Source: an uncultured Brachymonas sp. (lineage in GTDB: Bacteria > Pseudomonadota > Gammaproteobacteria > Burkholderiales > Burkholderiaceae_C). Taken from it: a stretch of DNA of 63,999 nucleotides. Under the pieces are notes generated by a model that had not been told where the DNA came from, made no database searches, and saw nothing but the letters and a program-made list of their open reading frames with translations. A program made the translations under genes and the position numbers. Shown piece by piece: positions 25,008 through 34,830 of this stretch. The stretch lies in contig CAYUAF010000001.1 of the NCBI GenBank assembly GCA_964442555.1, positions 1-63,999 of the forward strand. The letters run 5' to 3'. How positions within the stretch are numbered: position 1 is the first letter of the stretch; every line of letters starts with the position of its first letter.

Positions 25008-25473
25008 CGTTTCTGGAAGACTTCAATTTCCCACCGTGGGAAATCAACGCTTCGCGGCGCACTTCTTTTTGACGGTTGTATACCCTAGCTGTGACGGCCG
25101 GGTTGGCGTGCAATTCGGGCAGTGCCCCCGTCAGCTCTTTGTGTTTGGTTGCGTAATACGCGCGCAGGTCGTGAAAGTGGAAGCGTTCGTCTTGGGCGAT
25201 GACGCCATCAGCCACGGCCTGCGACATGCAGCGCCCCCACAGCGTTTTGAATGCGGCCTCGGTGTATCGGTTGTTTGCTTGGTTGGGGAGCACGTAGACG
25301 CACCCTGCGCCCCGCTGGTTCTGGATGGTGCGCAGTTGCAGCAGCAGGGCGTGTAAGGGCGGGGTGATCTGGATGATGTCGATGACCGCGCCTTTTAGGC
25401 TGCCGCGCTGCTTGGTTCGTGGCATTCGGATCTCACCTGCGTGCGGATTGACGTTTTCCCGTTACAGGCGCAG
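24994..25473 (-). pseudogene. Truncated tyrosine recombinase / integrase (C-terminal catalytic fragment)
   Basis: FHFHDLRAYY (HxxR), LHAN and ARVY motifs; in-frame TAA at 25462-25464; no N-terminal domain or first catalytic Arg; converges on the tRNA-His 3' end. Confidence 0.8.
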
Positions 25474-25650
25474 GTTATTGTGGTGCATTGCTGCGATGTA
25501 CAGCATGAATGCCCCCTGCTGCGAAAAGTCCACGCCGCGGTAGGAGTGTGGGATGCACAGAGCCACTGCGTAGAGCTTGAAGGGGTACCTAAGCTAAGCG
25601 AATCTGATGGGGCGAGAAAGCGCGCACAAGAGCGTGCACAAGAAAGCAAG

Positions 25651-25800
25651 CAGATGAGCCATGTGCAGCATTGCGACCCTGTTGCTGTGGCACAAGGATA
25701 ACGCCTGCGAATAACAGAACCTTGGGGATACATGCCCGTGCGGCAGGTGGGTGATGGGCATGCGTGCATAGGGTTGTGGGTAAAACCAGCTTGTCGCGCT
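25651..25800 (-). repeat. Degenerate tandem duplicate of the ldcA 3' end
   Basis: Aligns with about 25841-26020. A perfect 15-mer TGCCCGTGCGGCAGG occurs at 25733-25747 and 25929-25943. The copy translates RMPITHLPHGHV versus RTPIITGLPHGHV. Confidence 0.75.
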
Positions 25801-25810
25801 AGTGCATGTG

Positions 25811-26773
25811 TTATGGATGATGGTGGCAGTGGCCGTTGCACACATGCCCCCACAGCAGCAGGCAGTCGCGGTCTTGCAGTTGCAGATCAACGGTAGCGCC
25901 TATGGGGAGCAGCACTTTGGTGGGTACGTGCCCGTGCGGCAGGCCGGTGATGATGGGCGTGCGTGTTTGGCTGCGCAGCCATTGCACGACGCTGTTTAGG
26001 TTAAAGCCTTTGTCTTGTGGCACTTTGTGGTATTCGGTAAAGCTGCCTAGCAAGATGGCTTGCTGTTTGTCGAGCACGCCTGCGTGCAGCAGTTGGGTGA
26101 GCATGCGTTCGATGCGGTAGGGGTGTTCGGCCACGTCTTCCAAAAAGAGGACGCCTTTGTCGATGTGGGGGAAGTAGGGCGTGCCCAGCAGGCTGGTGAG
26201 TACGCATAGGTTGCCGCCCCAGAGCATGGCGTTTTTTACGGGTTTTTTCTGTAGGCGTGCTTCCAGTTCGGGCAGTTCTTTTTTGTTGATGAGCCAGCCG
26301 GCGCCTTCGCTTTCGCCTGCCAGCATGTCGTTGAAGCAGGCTTCGGTGATTTCGTCTGGCTCTGTGCTTTGGCCCCAGTCGTCAATCAGCAGATTGCCGG
26401 CCCAGGTGATGGCAGGGTGCGGCATGCTTTTGGCCAGCAGGGCCGTTTGCAGGGCGGTGAGGTCGCTTAGGCCAACGAATTGGGTGCCTTTTTCAATCGC
26501 TTTGGCGATTTTTTTGTAGGGCAGTTGCGGCAAGATGCGCGTTAGGCCGTAGCCGCCCCGGGTGGGCAGTGCCACGTCGGCACCACTGCTGGCTGCCCGC
26601 GTGATGGCGGCGATGCGTGTGGCGTCATCGCCCGCAAAGCGTTGTGCGGTGGTGAGGGTATCGGGGTCGATTTCTACCGTGTGGCCGCGTTGTTGCAAGC
26701 GTTTGATGGCGCGGCGAAAGCCAGCCGTATTGCTGACGGCGCCAGAGGGAGAGTAAATATAGATGTGTGCCAT
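25811..26773 (-). CDS. ldcA: LD-carboxypeptidase (peptidase S66)
   Basis: RGGYG, GLSD (Ser), GGNL, LEDVAEHPYRIERML (Glu), PHGH (His). Confidence 0.93.
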   Translation of the reverse strand: MAHIYIYSPSGAVSNTAGFRRAIKRLQQRGHTVEIDPDTLTTAQRFAGDDATRIAAITRAASSGADVALPTRGGYGLTRILPQLPYKKIAKAIEKGTQFVGLSDLTALQTALLAKSMPHPAITWAGNLLIDDWGQSTEPDEITEACFNDMLAGESEGAGWLINKKELPELEARLQKKPVKNAMLWGGNLCVLTSLLGTPYFPHIDKGVLFLEDVAEHPYRIERMLTQLLHAGVLDKQQAILLGSFTEYHKVPQDKGFNLNSVVQWLRSQTRTPIITGLPHGHVPTKVLLPIGATVDLQLQDRDCLLLWGHVCNGHCHHHP

Positions 26774-26821
26774 ATAAAGCCTGTGAATAGAAGCTGTGAA
26801 TAGAAGAGAAGAAAAAAGGGC

Positions 26822-28231
26822 TTAATCCATTGTCTGCGCAGGCGCCTGGTTTGTTTGCCCATGCTGCACAGGAGGAAAGGGGGCGGGGCCATGTGCGTGC
26901 AGGGTATGCAGCAAATGGCAGGCGTGTTGTTGCAGCCATTGCCTGAAGGTGGCTCCACCAGCGGGCACGGTCATGATTTCTGCCTGGTGCGTTTGTGTGG
27001 CTGCGATTGTGCCACGCACGCTATCGGCGGTGTGGTCTGCCGCCCACTGCGGCCATTGCAGGGCGGCACGGTGGCCTGCATCTGGCCAGGGGGCAGACCA
27101 GGCATGGTGGCGTGCTTCGGTCGGCGTAAGCGCCCAATGGGCGTCCAGATCAAAACGCGTGCGTGTGCGGCATTGCTGGCGCCATGCGGCGGTTTGTTGG
27201 GCAGATAGGCAAACGGCGTGGGCCAGCGGCTTGCCAAAAGTGCAGGCGGTTTGTGTTTGCAGATGGGGTAAAAGGCAGATGGCGCTGTCGTGCAGCACGG
27301 CTGCGCGGTGCGCGTGCTGGGCCCACTGTGCTTGCGCCAGCCATTGTTGCAACAGGGCCGCGTGCCATGTCAGCTGGTGGCGCTGGGCTTTTTTGGGCTT
27401 GTCGCTTTGCCCGTGCCCGATCAGGTCTGGCGCCAGCACGCGCCAGCCTGCGGCGTCCAACTGGCGAATCAAGTCGGCCCACAGCAGGCTGTAGCAGGCA
27501 TAGCCGTGCAGCAGCAGTACGGCGGGGCGCTGCCGGTCGTGCGGTGCCGTGTCAAACACATGCATGCGCCAAGGCGGGCTGTTGGGCTGATCCGGCTCGT
27601 TGAGCAATACGAATTGCCCCCAGTGCTTGAGCGCCTGCAAGGGCGCAATGTGTGCAAAGTGCGCAGGCGACAGGCGCAGGGCATCTTCGCGCAAGGCGGC
27701 GTGCACAGGCTGCTGGCGCAAAGCGGTTTGTTCCATGCGCCGTTGCTGGAAGAAGGTTTGCAAGATGGCTGCGCAGTGCTCGCGTAGCGCCCGATCTTGC
27801 GCGTTTTGCGGGGCAAAGGCGGCGCAAACCGTTTGGTGGTTGAGCGTGCGCTGGGCAAACAGATCCAGCACGGATCCGGCAGCGCCGGTTTTGGGGTCGG
27901 CCACGGCATATACCACGCGAGCCAGCCGCGCATGCAAAAGCGCGCCGCTGCACATGGCGCAAGGCTCCAGCGTGACGTACAGCGTGCAGCCTTCCAGCCG
28001 GTGATTGGCGCTGGCTTGGGCGGCAGCCCGCAGCGCCTGGATTTCTGCATGGGCGCTGGGGTCGTGGTCTGCAATGGTGCGGTTATACCCGGCCCCCAGC
28101 ACCTGGCCGTTGGGTGAAACCACAACTGCGCCCACCGGCACTTCGCCCGCCTGTGCAGCCAGCCGGGCTTGCTGCAAGGCCAGTTGCAGATAGTGCGCAT
28201 CGTTTGCAGGGGAGCGGGTATCGGGCGACAT
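26822..28231 (-). CDS. tadA: tRNA adenosine(34) deaminase TadA fused to a C-terminal alpha/beta-hydrolase (haloalkane dehalogenase-like) domain
   Basis: GEVPVGAVVV, SAHAE, TLEPCAMC, DPKTGAAGS; then in frame LLLHGY, RVLAPDLIGHGQSDKP, APWPDAGHRAAL; 469 aa from ATG 28231. Confidence 0.88.
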   Translation of the reverse strand: MSPDTRSPANDAHYLQLALQQARLAAQAGEVPVGAVVVSPNGQVLGAGYNRTIADHDPSAHAEIQALRAAAQASANHRLEGCTLYVTLEPCAMCSGALLHARLARVVYAVADPKTGAAGSVLDLFAQRTLNHQTVCAAFAPQNAQDRALREHCAAILQTFFQQRRMEQTALRQQPVHAALREDALRLSPAHFAHIAPLQALKHWGQFVLLNEPDQPNSPPWRMHVFDTAPHDRQRPAVLLLHGYACYSLLWADLIRQLDAAGWRVLAPDLIGHGQSDKPKKAQRHQLTWHAALLQQWLAQAQWAQHAHRAAVLHDSAICLLPHLQTQTACTFGKPLAHAVCLSAQQTAAWRQQCRTRTRFDLDAHWALTPTEARHHAWSAPWPDAGHRAALQWPQWAADHTADSVRGTIAATQTHQAEIMTVPAGGATFRQWLQQHACHLLHTLHAHGPAPFPPVQHGQTNQAPAQTMD

Positions 28232-28367
28232 GGGGCAACACGAAAAAACAGTTGGCAAACCACCAAGCTGCGCCCCAAGATGGGCGCAATAGCGGGCATT
28301 GTGGCATGTATGGCAAGGCTTGGCACAATACCCGACATGTTGAATAGAGCCGCGTGTAGGGGCGCTG

Positions 28368-29207
28368 ATGACAATGGCTTTGCATGAAATAACGGAACAG
28401 GGCGCTTTGCCGGCTGACTGGCTGGTGCCGCAATGGCCTGCGCCAGACTGGGTGCGGGCGGTAGCCAGCAGCCGCGCAGGCGGCGTATCGCTTGCGCCAT
28501 ACAACAGCATGAATTTGGGCGACCATGTGCAGGATGACCCCGCCGCCGTGGCACGCAACCGGCAAATCTGGCAACAGGTTGCCGGGGTGTCCGGCGTGTT
28601 TTTGCAGCAGGTGCATGGTGTGGATGTTGCGGTGCTAAACGCAGATTCTGCAAACGCTGCCCACCCCATCGTGGCAGATGCCTGCTGCACGCAAGCGCCC
28701 GGCGTAGCCTGCACCATTCAAGTTGCCGATTGCCTGCCGATGCTGATGTGCCATGCGCGGCAGCGCGTGGTCGGCGCAGCCCATGCGGGGTGGCGCAGCC
28801 TGGCCGGGCATGCGGGGCAGGGCGTGCTGGAGCGCCTGTTGCAATCCATGCAAACACTGTGCCCGGCAGCCGATGCAGATGGCTGGATGGCATGGCTGGG
28901 GCCATGTATTGGGCCGCAAGCGTTTGAAGTGGGCGATGAAGTGCGGGCAGCTTTTGTTAGCGCCCACCCCCAGGCCGAGGCATGCTTTGTCGCCAAAGCA
29001 GAAGCAGACCGACCAGGCAAATGGCTGGCAGACCTGGCGGGCCTGGCGCGTTTGCGCCTGGCGGTTGCGGGCGTGCACGCGGTGTATGGCAACAACAGCA
29101 CCGGCGAGTGGTGCACATTCAGCCAGCCGCAACGCTTCTTTTCTTACCGGCGCGATGGGCGCACAGGCCGCATGGCCGCCGCCATATGGTTGCAGGCATC
29201 CCATTGA
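28368..29207 (+). CDS. pgeF: PgeF/YfiH-family purine nucleoside phosphorylase (peptidoglycan editing factor)
   Basis: NLGDHV, QVHG, ADCLP, AHAGWR, GPCIGP, FFSYRRDGRTGRM. Confidence 0.93.
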   Translation: MTMALHEITEQGALPADWLVPQWPAPDWVRAVASSRAGGVSLAPYNSMNLGDHVQDDPAAVARNRQIWQQVAGVSGVFLQQVHGVDVAVLNADSANAAHPIVADACCTQAPGVACTIQVADCLPMLMCHARQRVVGAAHAGWRSLAGHAGQGVLERLLQSMQTLCPAADADGWMAWLGPCIGPQAFEVGDEVRAAFVSAHPQAEACFVAKAEADRPGKWLADLAGLARLRLAVAGVHAVYGNNSTGEWCTFSQPQRFFSYRRDGRTGRMAAAIWLQASH

Positions 29208-29404
29208 TCGTGTGTTGATGGCGCTTTGTTTGACAGCGCCCTGTGGATGGCTGGGCCGTGTCGTGCTTTGTCGTGCTGCTATTTCCCGCACCAGACAATC
29301 ACGCGCGCCAGGCAGCGTGCCTGGCAGTCAGGCGGTAGGGCGCCCGTACAATCCACGCATCGCATTGCCAAGATGATCGTTTTAACCATTGCAAAGAGGG
29401 CTGC

Positions 29405-29674
29405 ATGACCACAAGCAAAAACACCAAATCCGTGCCGGGCGGCAAACTGCCGGCAACGTATGAAGCAGCCCTTGCGGAGCTTGAAAGCCTTGTGCAAAAC
29501 CTCGAATCCGGCCAAGTGCCGCTGGATGAACTGCTGGCAGGCTACCAACGCGGCGCGGCTTTGCTGGCCCTGTGCAAAGACAAGCTGTCGGCGGTGGAAG
29601 AACAAATCAAACTGCTCGAAACCAGCCCGCAAGGCGCTTTGGTAACCAAGCCTTGGGAAGAAGGGGAAGCATGA
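29405..29674 (+). CDS. xseB: Exodeoxyribonuclease VII small subunit
   Basis: [24 protein letters not shown]; xseB-ispA-dxs gene order. Confidence 0.93.
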   Translation: MTTSKNTKSVPGGKLPATYEAALAELESLVQNLESGQVPLDELLAGYQRGAALLALCKDKLSAVEEQIKLLETSPQGALVTKPWEEGEA

Positions 29675-30612
29675 TGCACGCAGCAACAGACACAACCGCC
29701 TTGCAGGGCGGCAATCCCCCGCATGCATTTGCCGCCTGGAGCGCCCAACAACAAGCCGCTGTGGAACAAGCCTTGTCTGACTGGGTAGGCGCTGGCGCGC
29801 CGGAATCTTTGGCGCAAGCCATGCGCTATGCCGTGCTGGATGGCGGCAAGCGCCTGCGCCCTTTGCTGGTATTGGCGACCTGCGAAGCCGTGGGCGGGCA
29901 CTACCCGGCGGCGTTGCGCGCGGCCTGTGCAGTAGAGCTGATCCATGCCTACTCGCTGGTGCATGACGACATGCCCTGCATGGACAACGACGTACTGCGC
30001 CGCGGCAAACCCACCGTACACGTGCAGTATGGCGAGGCAGATGCCCTGCTGGCAGGCGACGCCTTGCAGGCGCTGGCGTTTGAACTGCTCGTGCCGGACA
30101 GCGAGCAGGAAATCCCCGCCGCCATGCAAGCGCAACTATGCCGCCTGCTGGCACGCGCAGCCGGTGCCGAAGGCATGGCGGGCGGGCAGGCCATTGACCT
30201 GGCCAGCGTGGGCAAACAGCTGGATCGCGAGCAACTGCAACACATGCACCGGCTAAAAACCGGCGCTTTGCTGCAAGCCAGCGTCAGCATGGGCGCTGCC
30301 TGCGGCGCGGCAGAAGGTAGCGTGCGCGCGGCCTTGGCCGACTATGGCGCAGCCATTGGCCTGGCTTTTCAGGTGGTGGACGATATTCTGGACGTTGTGG
30401 CAGATTCGGCCACGCTTGGCAAAACGGCAGGCAAAGACGCCATCAACGACAAGCCCACCTACGTTTCGCTCTTGGGCTTGCAGGCGGCGCAAGAATATGC
30501 GCGCAATCTGCATGACGAAGCCATGCAGGCACTGCGGGCCAGCGGTTTGCCCGATGCGCGCTTGGGTATCTTGCGCGCGCTGGCAGACAAAGTCATCCAG
30601 CGCAGCAGCTAG
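29671..30612 (+). CDS. ispA: Farnesyl diphosphate synthase
   Basis: [33 protein letters not shown]; ATGA overlap with xseB. Confidence 0.95.
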   Translation: MMHAATDTTALQGGNPPHAFAAWSAQQQAAVEQALSDWVGAGAPESLAQAMRYAVLDGGKRLRPLLVLATCEAVGGHYPAALRAACAVELIHAYSLVHDDMPCMDNDVLRRGKPTVHVQYGEADALLAGDALQALAFELLVPDSEQEIPAAMQAQLCRLLARAAGAEGMAGGQAIDLASVGKQLDREQLQHMHRLKTGALLQASVSMGAACGAAEGSVRAALADYGAAIGLAFQVVDDILDVVADSATLGKTAGKDAINDKPTYVSLLGLQAAQEYARNLHDEAMQALRASGLPDARLGILRALADKVIQRSS

Positions 30613-30650
30613 GGCGTGTTCGCACCTCCAAAAATAGGGTGAACAGGCCC
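30612..30650. mobile_element. 39-bp mini-MITE, copy 3, on the ispA stop codon
   Basis: TA|GGGCGTGTTCGCACCTCCAAAAATAGGGTGAACAGGCCC|TA; the element's first G completes the TAG stop. Confidence 0.85.
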
Positions 30651-30778
30651 TAATCGCTGTGAATTGCTGTGGTTTGCGTCTGCTTGCCCGCCGGGGTGGG
30701 GCAGGCTCCCGATAAAATGTAAAACAAGCCGGGGTTAATGCATTTTGTCATGACGCCGGGACTGAGGAATTGCCCCGC

Positions 30779-32689
30779 ATGACACAACTTCTAGACAATA
30801 TTCACAGCCCCCATGACCTGCGCCAACTGCCGCGCGCGCACTTGCAGCCCTTGGCTGACGAACTGCGTACTTTCATGCTGCAAAGCGTGGCGCAAACAGG
30901 CGGGCATCTCAGCTCCAATCTGGGCACGGTAGAGCTAACCGTAGCCCTGCACTACGTATTCAACACTCCGCAAGACCGCATCGTTTGGGACGTAGGGCAC
31001 CAAACCTACGCGCACAAAATCCTCACGGGCCGCCGCAACCGCATGCATACGCTGCGCCAGTTAAACGGCTTGAGCGGCTTTCCGCGTCGCGACGAAAGCG
31101 AATACGATGCTTTTGGCACCGCACACTCTTCCACCAGCATCTCTGCCGCCTTGGGCATGGCCGTTGCGGCTCGCCAAATGGGCAAAGAGCAGCACAACAT
31201 TGCCGTAATTGGTGACGGCGCCATGACGGCCGGCATGGCGTTTGAAGCCTTGAACAACGCCGGCATCGAGCAAGACTTGCGCCTGCTCGTCATCCTCAAC
31301 GACAACGACATGAGCATCAGCCCGCCGGTCGGGGCGCTCAACCGCTATCTGGCGCATTTGATGAGTGGGCAGTTTTACGCCAAGGCGCGCGATATGGGCA
31401 AAAGCGTACTCAAAGGCGTGCCGCCCCTGCTGGAATTTGCCAAGCGGCTGGAAGAGCAAGCCAAAGGCATGGTGCTGCCGGCTACGCTGTTTGAAAAGTT
31501 CGGCTTCAACTACATCGGCCCGATTGACGGGCACGATTTGGATGTGCTGGTCTCGACACTGGAAAATATCCGTCACCTCAAAGGGCCGCAATTCCTGCAT
31601 GTGGTAACGCGCAAAGGGCATGGCTATGCGCCGGCCGAGGCAGACCCCATCGCTTACCACGGCACGGGCAAATTCAACCCGGCCGTGGGCCTGCAAGCGC
31701 CCGCCGTGCCTGCCAAAACCACGTTTACGCAAGTATTCGGGCAATGGCTGTGCGATATGGCCGAGCGCGACATTCGCCTGGTAGGCATCACGCCCGCCAT
31801 GCGCGAAGGCTCGGGCATGGTGGAGTTTCACCAGCGTTTTCCCGACCGGTACTTTGATGTCGGCATTGCCGAGCAACATGCCGTGACCTTTGCCGCCGGT
31901 TTGGCGTGCGAAGGCTTGAAGCCGGTTGTCGCCATTTATTCCACCTTTTTGCAGCGCGCTTACGACCAAATGCTGCATGACGTAGCCTTGCAAAACCTGC
32001 CGGTCGTTTTTGCTTTGGATCGGGCGGGGCTGGTCGGCGCAGATGGCGCCACGCACGCCGGCAACTACGACATCGCCTTTACCCGCTGCATACCCAATAT
32101 GGCGATTGCCTGTCCGGCTGACGAAGCCGAATGCCGCCAGTTGCTCAGCACGGCTTTTGCGCGCAACCACCCGGTAACGGTGCGCTATCCGCGCGGGGCG
32201 GGCGTAGGCAAGCTGCCTGGCAACGATCTGGACGCTTTGCCTTTTGGCAAAGGAGAAATCCGCCGCACCAGCCAGCAGCCCCGTACGGCAGAGCATGCTG
32301 CAGCCAAGCCTAAGTTGGCCCTTCTGGCCTTCGGCACTTTGCTGTATCCGGCATTGGAAGCAGCCGAGGCATTGGATGCCACGGTAGTGAACATGCGCTG
32401 GGCCAAACCGCTGGATGAAGACTTGTTACTGAAAGTTGCCGAGCAGCACGACGCCTTGGTCACGCTGGAAGACGGCTGCATCATGGGCGGCGCAGGCAGC
32501 GCGGTCATGGAGTTTTTGCAAGCCCAGGGCTTGCACCTGCCGGTATTGCAGCTGGGCTTGCCTGATCAATTCATTGAGCAGGGCGACCCTGCCGTGCTGA
32601 TGCGCATGCAAGGGCTGGATGCGCAGGGCATTGAGGCGTCTATCCGCAAACGTTTTATTCAGGCGGCAGAAAAAGCGGTGCAAACGTAA
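30779..32689 (+). CDS. dxs: 1-deoxy-D-xylulose-5-phosphate synthase
   Basis: [44 protein letters not shown]. Confidence 0.97.
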   Translation: MTQLLDNIHSPHDLRQLPRAHLQPLADELRTFMLQSVAQTGGHLSSNLGTVELTVALHYVFNTPQDRIVWDVGHQTYAHKILTGRRNRMHTLRQLNGLSGFPRRDESEYDAFGTAHSSTSISAALGMAVAARQMGKEQHNIAVIGDGAMTAGMAFEALNNAGIEQDLRLLVILNDNDMSISPPVGALNRYLAHLMSGQFYAKARDMGKSVLKGVPPLLEFAKRLEEQAKGMVLPATLFEKFGFNYIGPIDGHDLDVLVSTLENIRHLKGPQFLHVVTRKGHGYAPAEADPIAYHGTGKFNPAVGLQAPAVPAKTTFTQVFGQWLCDMAERDIRLVGITPAMREGSGMVEFHQRFPDRYFDVGIAEQHAVTFAAGLACEGLKPVVAIYSTFLQRAYDQMLHDVALQNLPVVFALDRAGLVGADGATHAGNYDIAFTRCIPNMAIACPADEAECRQLLSTAFARNHPVTVRYPRGAGVGKLPGNDLDALPFGKGEIRRTSQQPRTAEHAAAKPKLALLAFGTLLYPALEAAEALDATVVNMRWAKPLDEDLLLKVAEQHDALVTLEDGCIMGGAGSAVMEFLQAQGLHLPVLQLGLPDQFIEQGDPAVLMRMQGLDAQGIEASIRKRFIQAAEKAVQT

Positions 32690-32828
32690 GCGGCTGCAAG
32701 TTGCGCTTGCTTGCCAGCGATCAAAACCTGTTGGCATTTTGTAATTTTTTTGTCGATTTTCTTTGGCAACGATAGAGGAGTAGGCCGCGCCACGGTGTCT
32801 GCCAGCAGGGAGCCATACGGGTATTGGC

Positions 32829-32834
32829 TATAAT
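32829..32834 (+). promoter_or_regulatory. -10 box (TATAAT) 9 nt before the fabA ATG, near-leaderless
   Basis: TATAAT-CATTTCATT-ATG with no SD in between. Confidence 0.5.
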
Positions 32835-32843
32835 CATTTCATT

Positions 32844-33368
32844 ATGTCTGAATCATTTTCTTACGATCAACTCATCGCCTCTGGAGAGGGGCGTCTCTTT
32901 GGCCCGGATAGCGGTCGTTTGCCACTCCCACCCATGCTGATGTTTGACCGTATCACGCATATCGATGCAGATGGCGGCGCTCACGGCCTGGGCCGTATTG
33001 AGGCGGAACTGGACGTTAAACCCGATTTGTGGTTTTTTGACTGCCACTTCAAAACAGACCCTGTTATGCCCGGCTGCCTGGGGTTGGATGCCATGTGGCA
33101 GCTCATCGGTTTTTATCTGACTTGGCTGCGCTTACCCGGGCGTGGTCGCGCGCTGGGCGCTGGCGAAATCAAATTTACCGGCGAAGTCGGCCCTGACGTC
33201 AAGCTGGTGCGTTATGAAATCGACATCAAGCGCGTCATCAAGCGCAAACTCAATATGGCGATTGGCGATGCCCGCTTGCTGGCCGATGGTAAAGAGATTT
33301 ATACGGCAACTGATTTGCGCGTGGGGCTGTTCCTGCGCGAAGGTGAGTCCACTTCTGGGGAGGGGTAA
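32844..33368 (+). CDS. fabA: 3-hydroxydecanoyl-ACP dehydratase/isomerase
   Basis: [36 protein letters not shown] (His/Asp dyad of FabA rather than the Glu of FabZ), GRGRALG. Confidence 0.95.
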   Translation: MSESFSYDQLIASGEGRLFGPDSGRLPLPPMLMFDRITHIDADGGAHGLGRIEAELDVKPDLWFFDCHFKTDPVMPGCLGLDAMWQLIGFYLTWLRLPGRGRALGAGEIKFTGEVGPDVKLVRYEIDIKRVIKRKLNMAIGDARLLADGKEIYTATDLRVGLFLREGESTSGEG

Positions 33369-33370
33369 GG

Positions 33371-34591
33371 ATGAAACGCCGTGTGGTCGTAACGGGTGCA
33401 GGCATTGTTTCGTGTATCGGCAATGATCTGGATACGGTAGAAACATCTCTGCGCGAGGGGCGCTCTGGCATTCAGTCCATGCCGCTGTTTGCCGAGATGG
33501 GGCTGCGCAGCCAAGTGGCCGGGCAGCCGCAAATTGATCTGGATGCACGCATTGACCGCAAATTCCGCCGCTTTATGGGCGATGCGGCAGCCTACGCCTA
33601 CGTGTCGCTGCAAGACGCCATTGCGCAGGCTGGTTTGACGACCGCGCAGATTTCTCACCCGCGTACCGGCCTCATCATGGGGTCTGGCGGTGCCTCTCCC
33701 GCTAACCAGATTGAAGCTGCAGATATTTTGCGCAGCAAAGGTATTCGCCGCGTCGGGCCGTATCAGGTCACGCGCTGCATGGGCTCTACCGTGTCGGCCA
33801 ATTTGTCTACCGCTTTCGGTATCAAAGGGATTAATTACAGTATCACTTCTGCGTGCAGCACTTCGGCGCATTGCATTGGCGCCGCTGCACAGCAAATCGC
33901 CTGGGGGCAACAAGATGTGATGTTTGCCGGCGGCGGTGAAGAATTGAGCTGGGGCTTGGCGACTTTGTTTGATGCAATGGGGGCCATGTCCAGCAAGCGC
34001 AATGACCAGCCCGAAAAGGCCTCGCGCGCCTACGATGCGGATCGCGACGGTTTTGTGATCGCAGGCGGCGGCGGCGCTGTAGTGCTGGAGTCGCTGGAAC
34101 ACGCCCAGGCACGCGGCGCACGCATTCTGGCTGAAGTGGTGGGGTTTGGTTTGTCCTCTGATGGTCAGGACATGGTCGCTCCTTCAGGGGAAGGTGCTGT
34201 GGCCTGCATGCGCCAAGCCATTGAAGGGTTGGATGCGCCGATTGATTACATCAATACCCACGGCACATCTACTCCTGTTGGCGATGTGCCAGAGCTGAAT
34301 GCCATGCGCGCGGTGTTTGGCGACAAAGCGCCACCGTTTTCTTCCACCAAATCGCTTACCGGCCATTCGCAAGGCGCAACAGGCGTGCAAGAGGCAATCT
34401 ACTGCCTGCTGATGTTGCAAAAAGGGTTTATCGCAGGCTCGGTGAATGTGGATACGCCCGATCCAGCCGTGGGCGATTTGCCGCTGGTAACCGCTACGCG
34501 CAATGCCGATTTGCGGCAGGTGCTGTCCAACAGCTTCGGCTTTGGTGGTACCAATGCCAGCTTGGTATTGCGCCGCTGGGATGACGCTTGA
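33371..34591 (+). CDS. fabB: Beta-ketoacyl-ACP synthase I
   Basis: [30 protein letters not shown]; FabB-type [11 protein letters not shown]; 2 nt after fabA. Confidence 0.94.
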   Translation: MKRRVVVTGAGIVSCIGNDLDTVETSLREGRSGIQSMPLFAEMGLRSQVAGQPQIDLDARIDRKFRRFMGDAAAYAYVSLQDAIAQAGLTTAQISHPRTGLIMGSGGASPANQIEAADILRSKGIRRVGPYQVTRCMGSTVSANLSTAFGIKGINYSITSACSTSAHCIGAAAQQIAWGQQDVMFAGGGEELSWGLATLFDAMGAMSSKRNDQPEKASRAYDADRDGFVIAGGGGAVVLESLEHAQARGARILAEVVGFGLSSDGQDMVAPSGEGAVACMRQAIEGLDAPIDYINTHGTSTPVGDVPELNAMRAVFGDKAPPFSSTKSLTGHSQGATGVQEAIYCLLMLQKGFIAGSVNVDTPDPAVGDLPLVTATRNADLRQVLSNSFGFGGTNASLVLRRWDDA

Positions 34592-34704
34592 TTCGAATCA
34601 GACAGCAGCAGGCCACTGGCTGGCCGGAGTTTGAATAGCACGGCATCGGCACGGGCCTTTGCAAACTGTCAAAATAACAGGCGTGGTGCACTCTGTTCCA
34701 CAAG

Positions 34705-34734
34705 GGGCGGGGTTTGCACTCCGCCTGTTTTTTT
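34705..34734 (+). terminator. Intrinsic terminator after fabB
   Basis: GGGCGGGGT-TTGC-ACTCCGCCT followed by G and T7. Confidence 0.65.
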
Positions 34735-34830
34735 ATTCAACAAACCGGCTTGCGCAGGCCAGCAGATAAGCAAATGCAGGCAAGCGGCTTGTGCGCTTCG
34801 TTTTGAAGCGGGTTGCCACACGTAAACATC

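Noticed and set aside
28232-28717. 162-aa N-terminal extension of the TadA ORF in the ORF track
   Set aside because: It overlaps pgeF on the opposite strand; TadA homology begins at ATG 28231.
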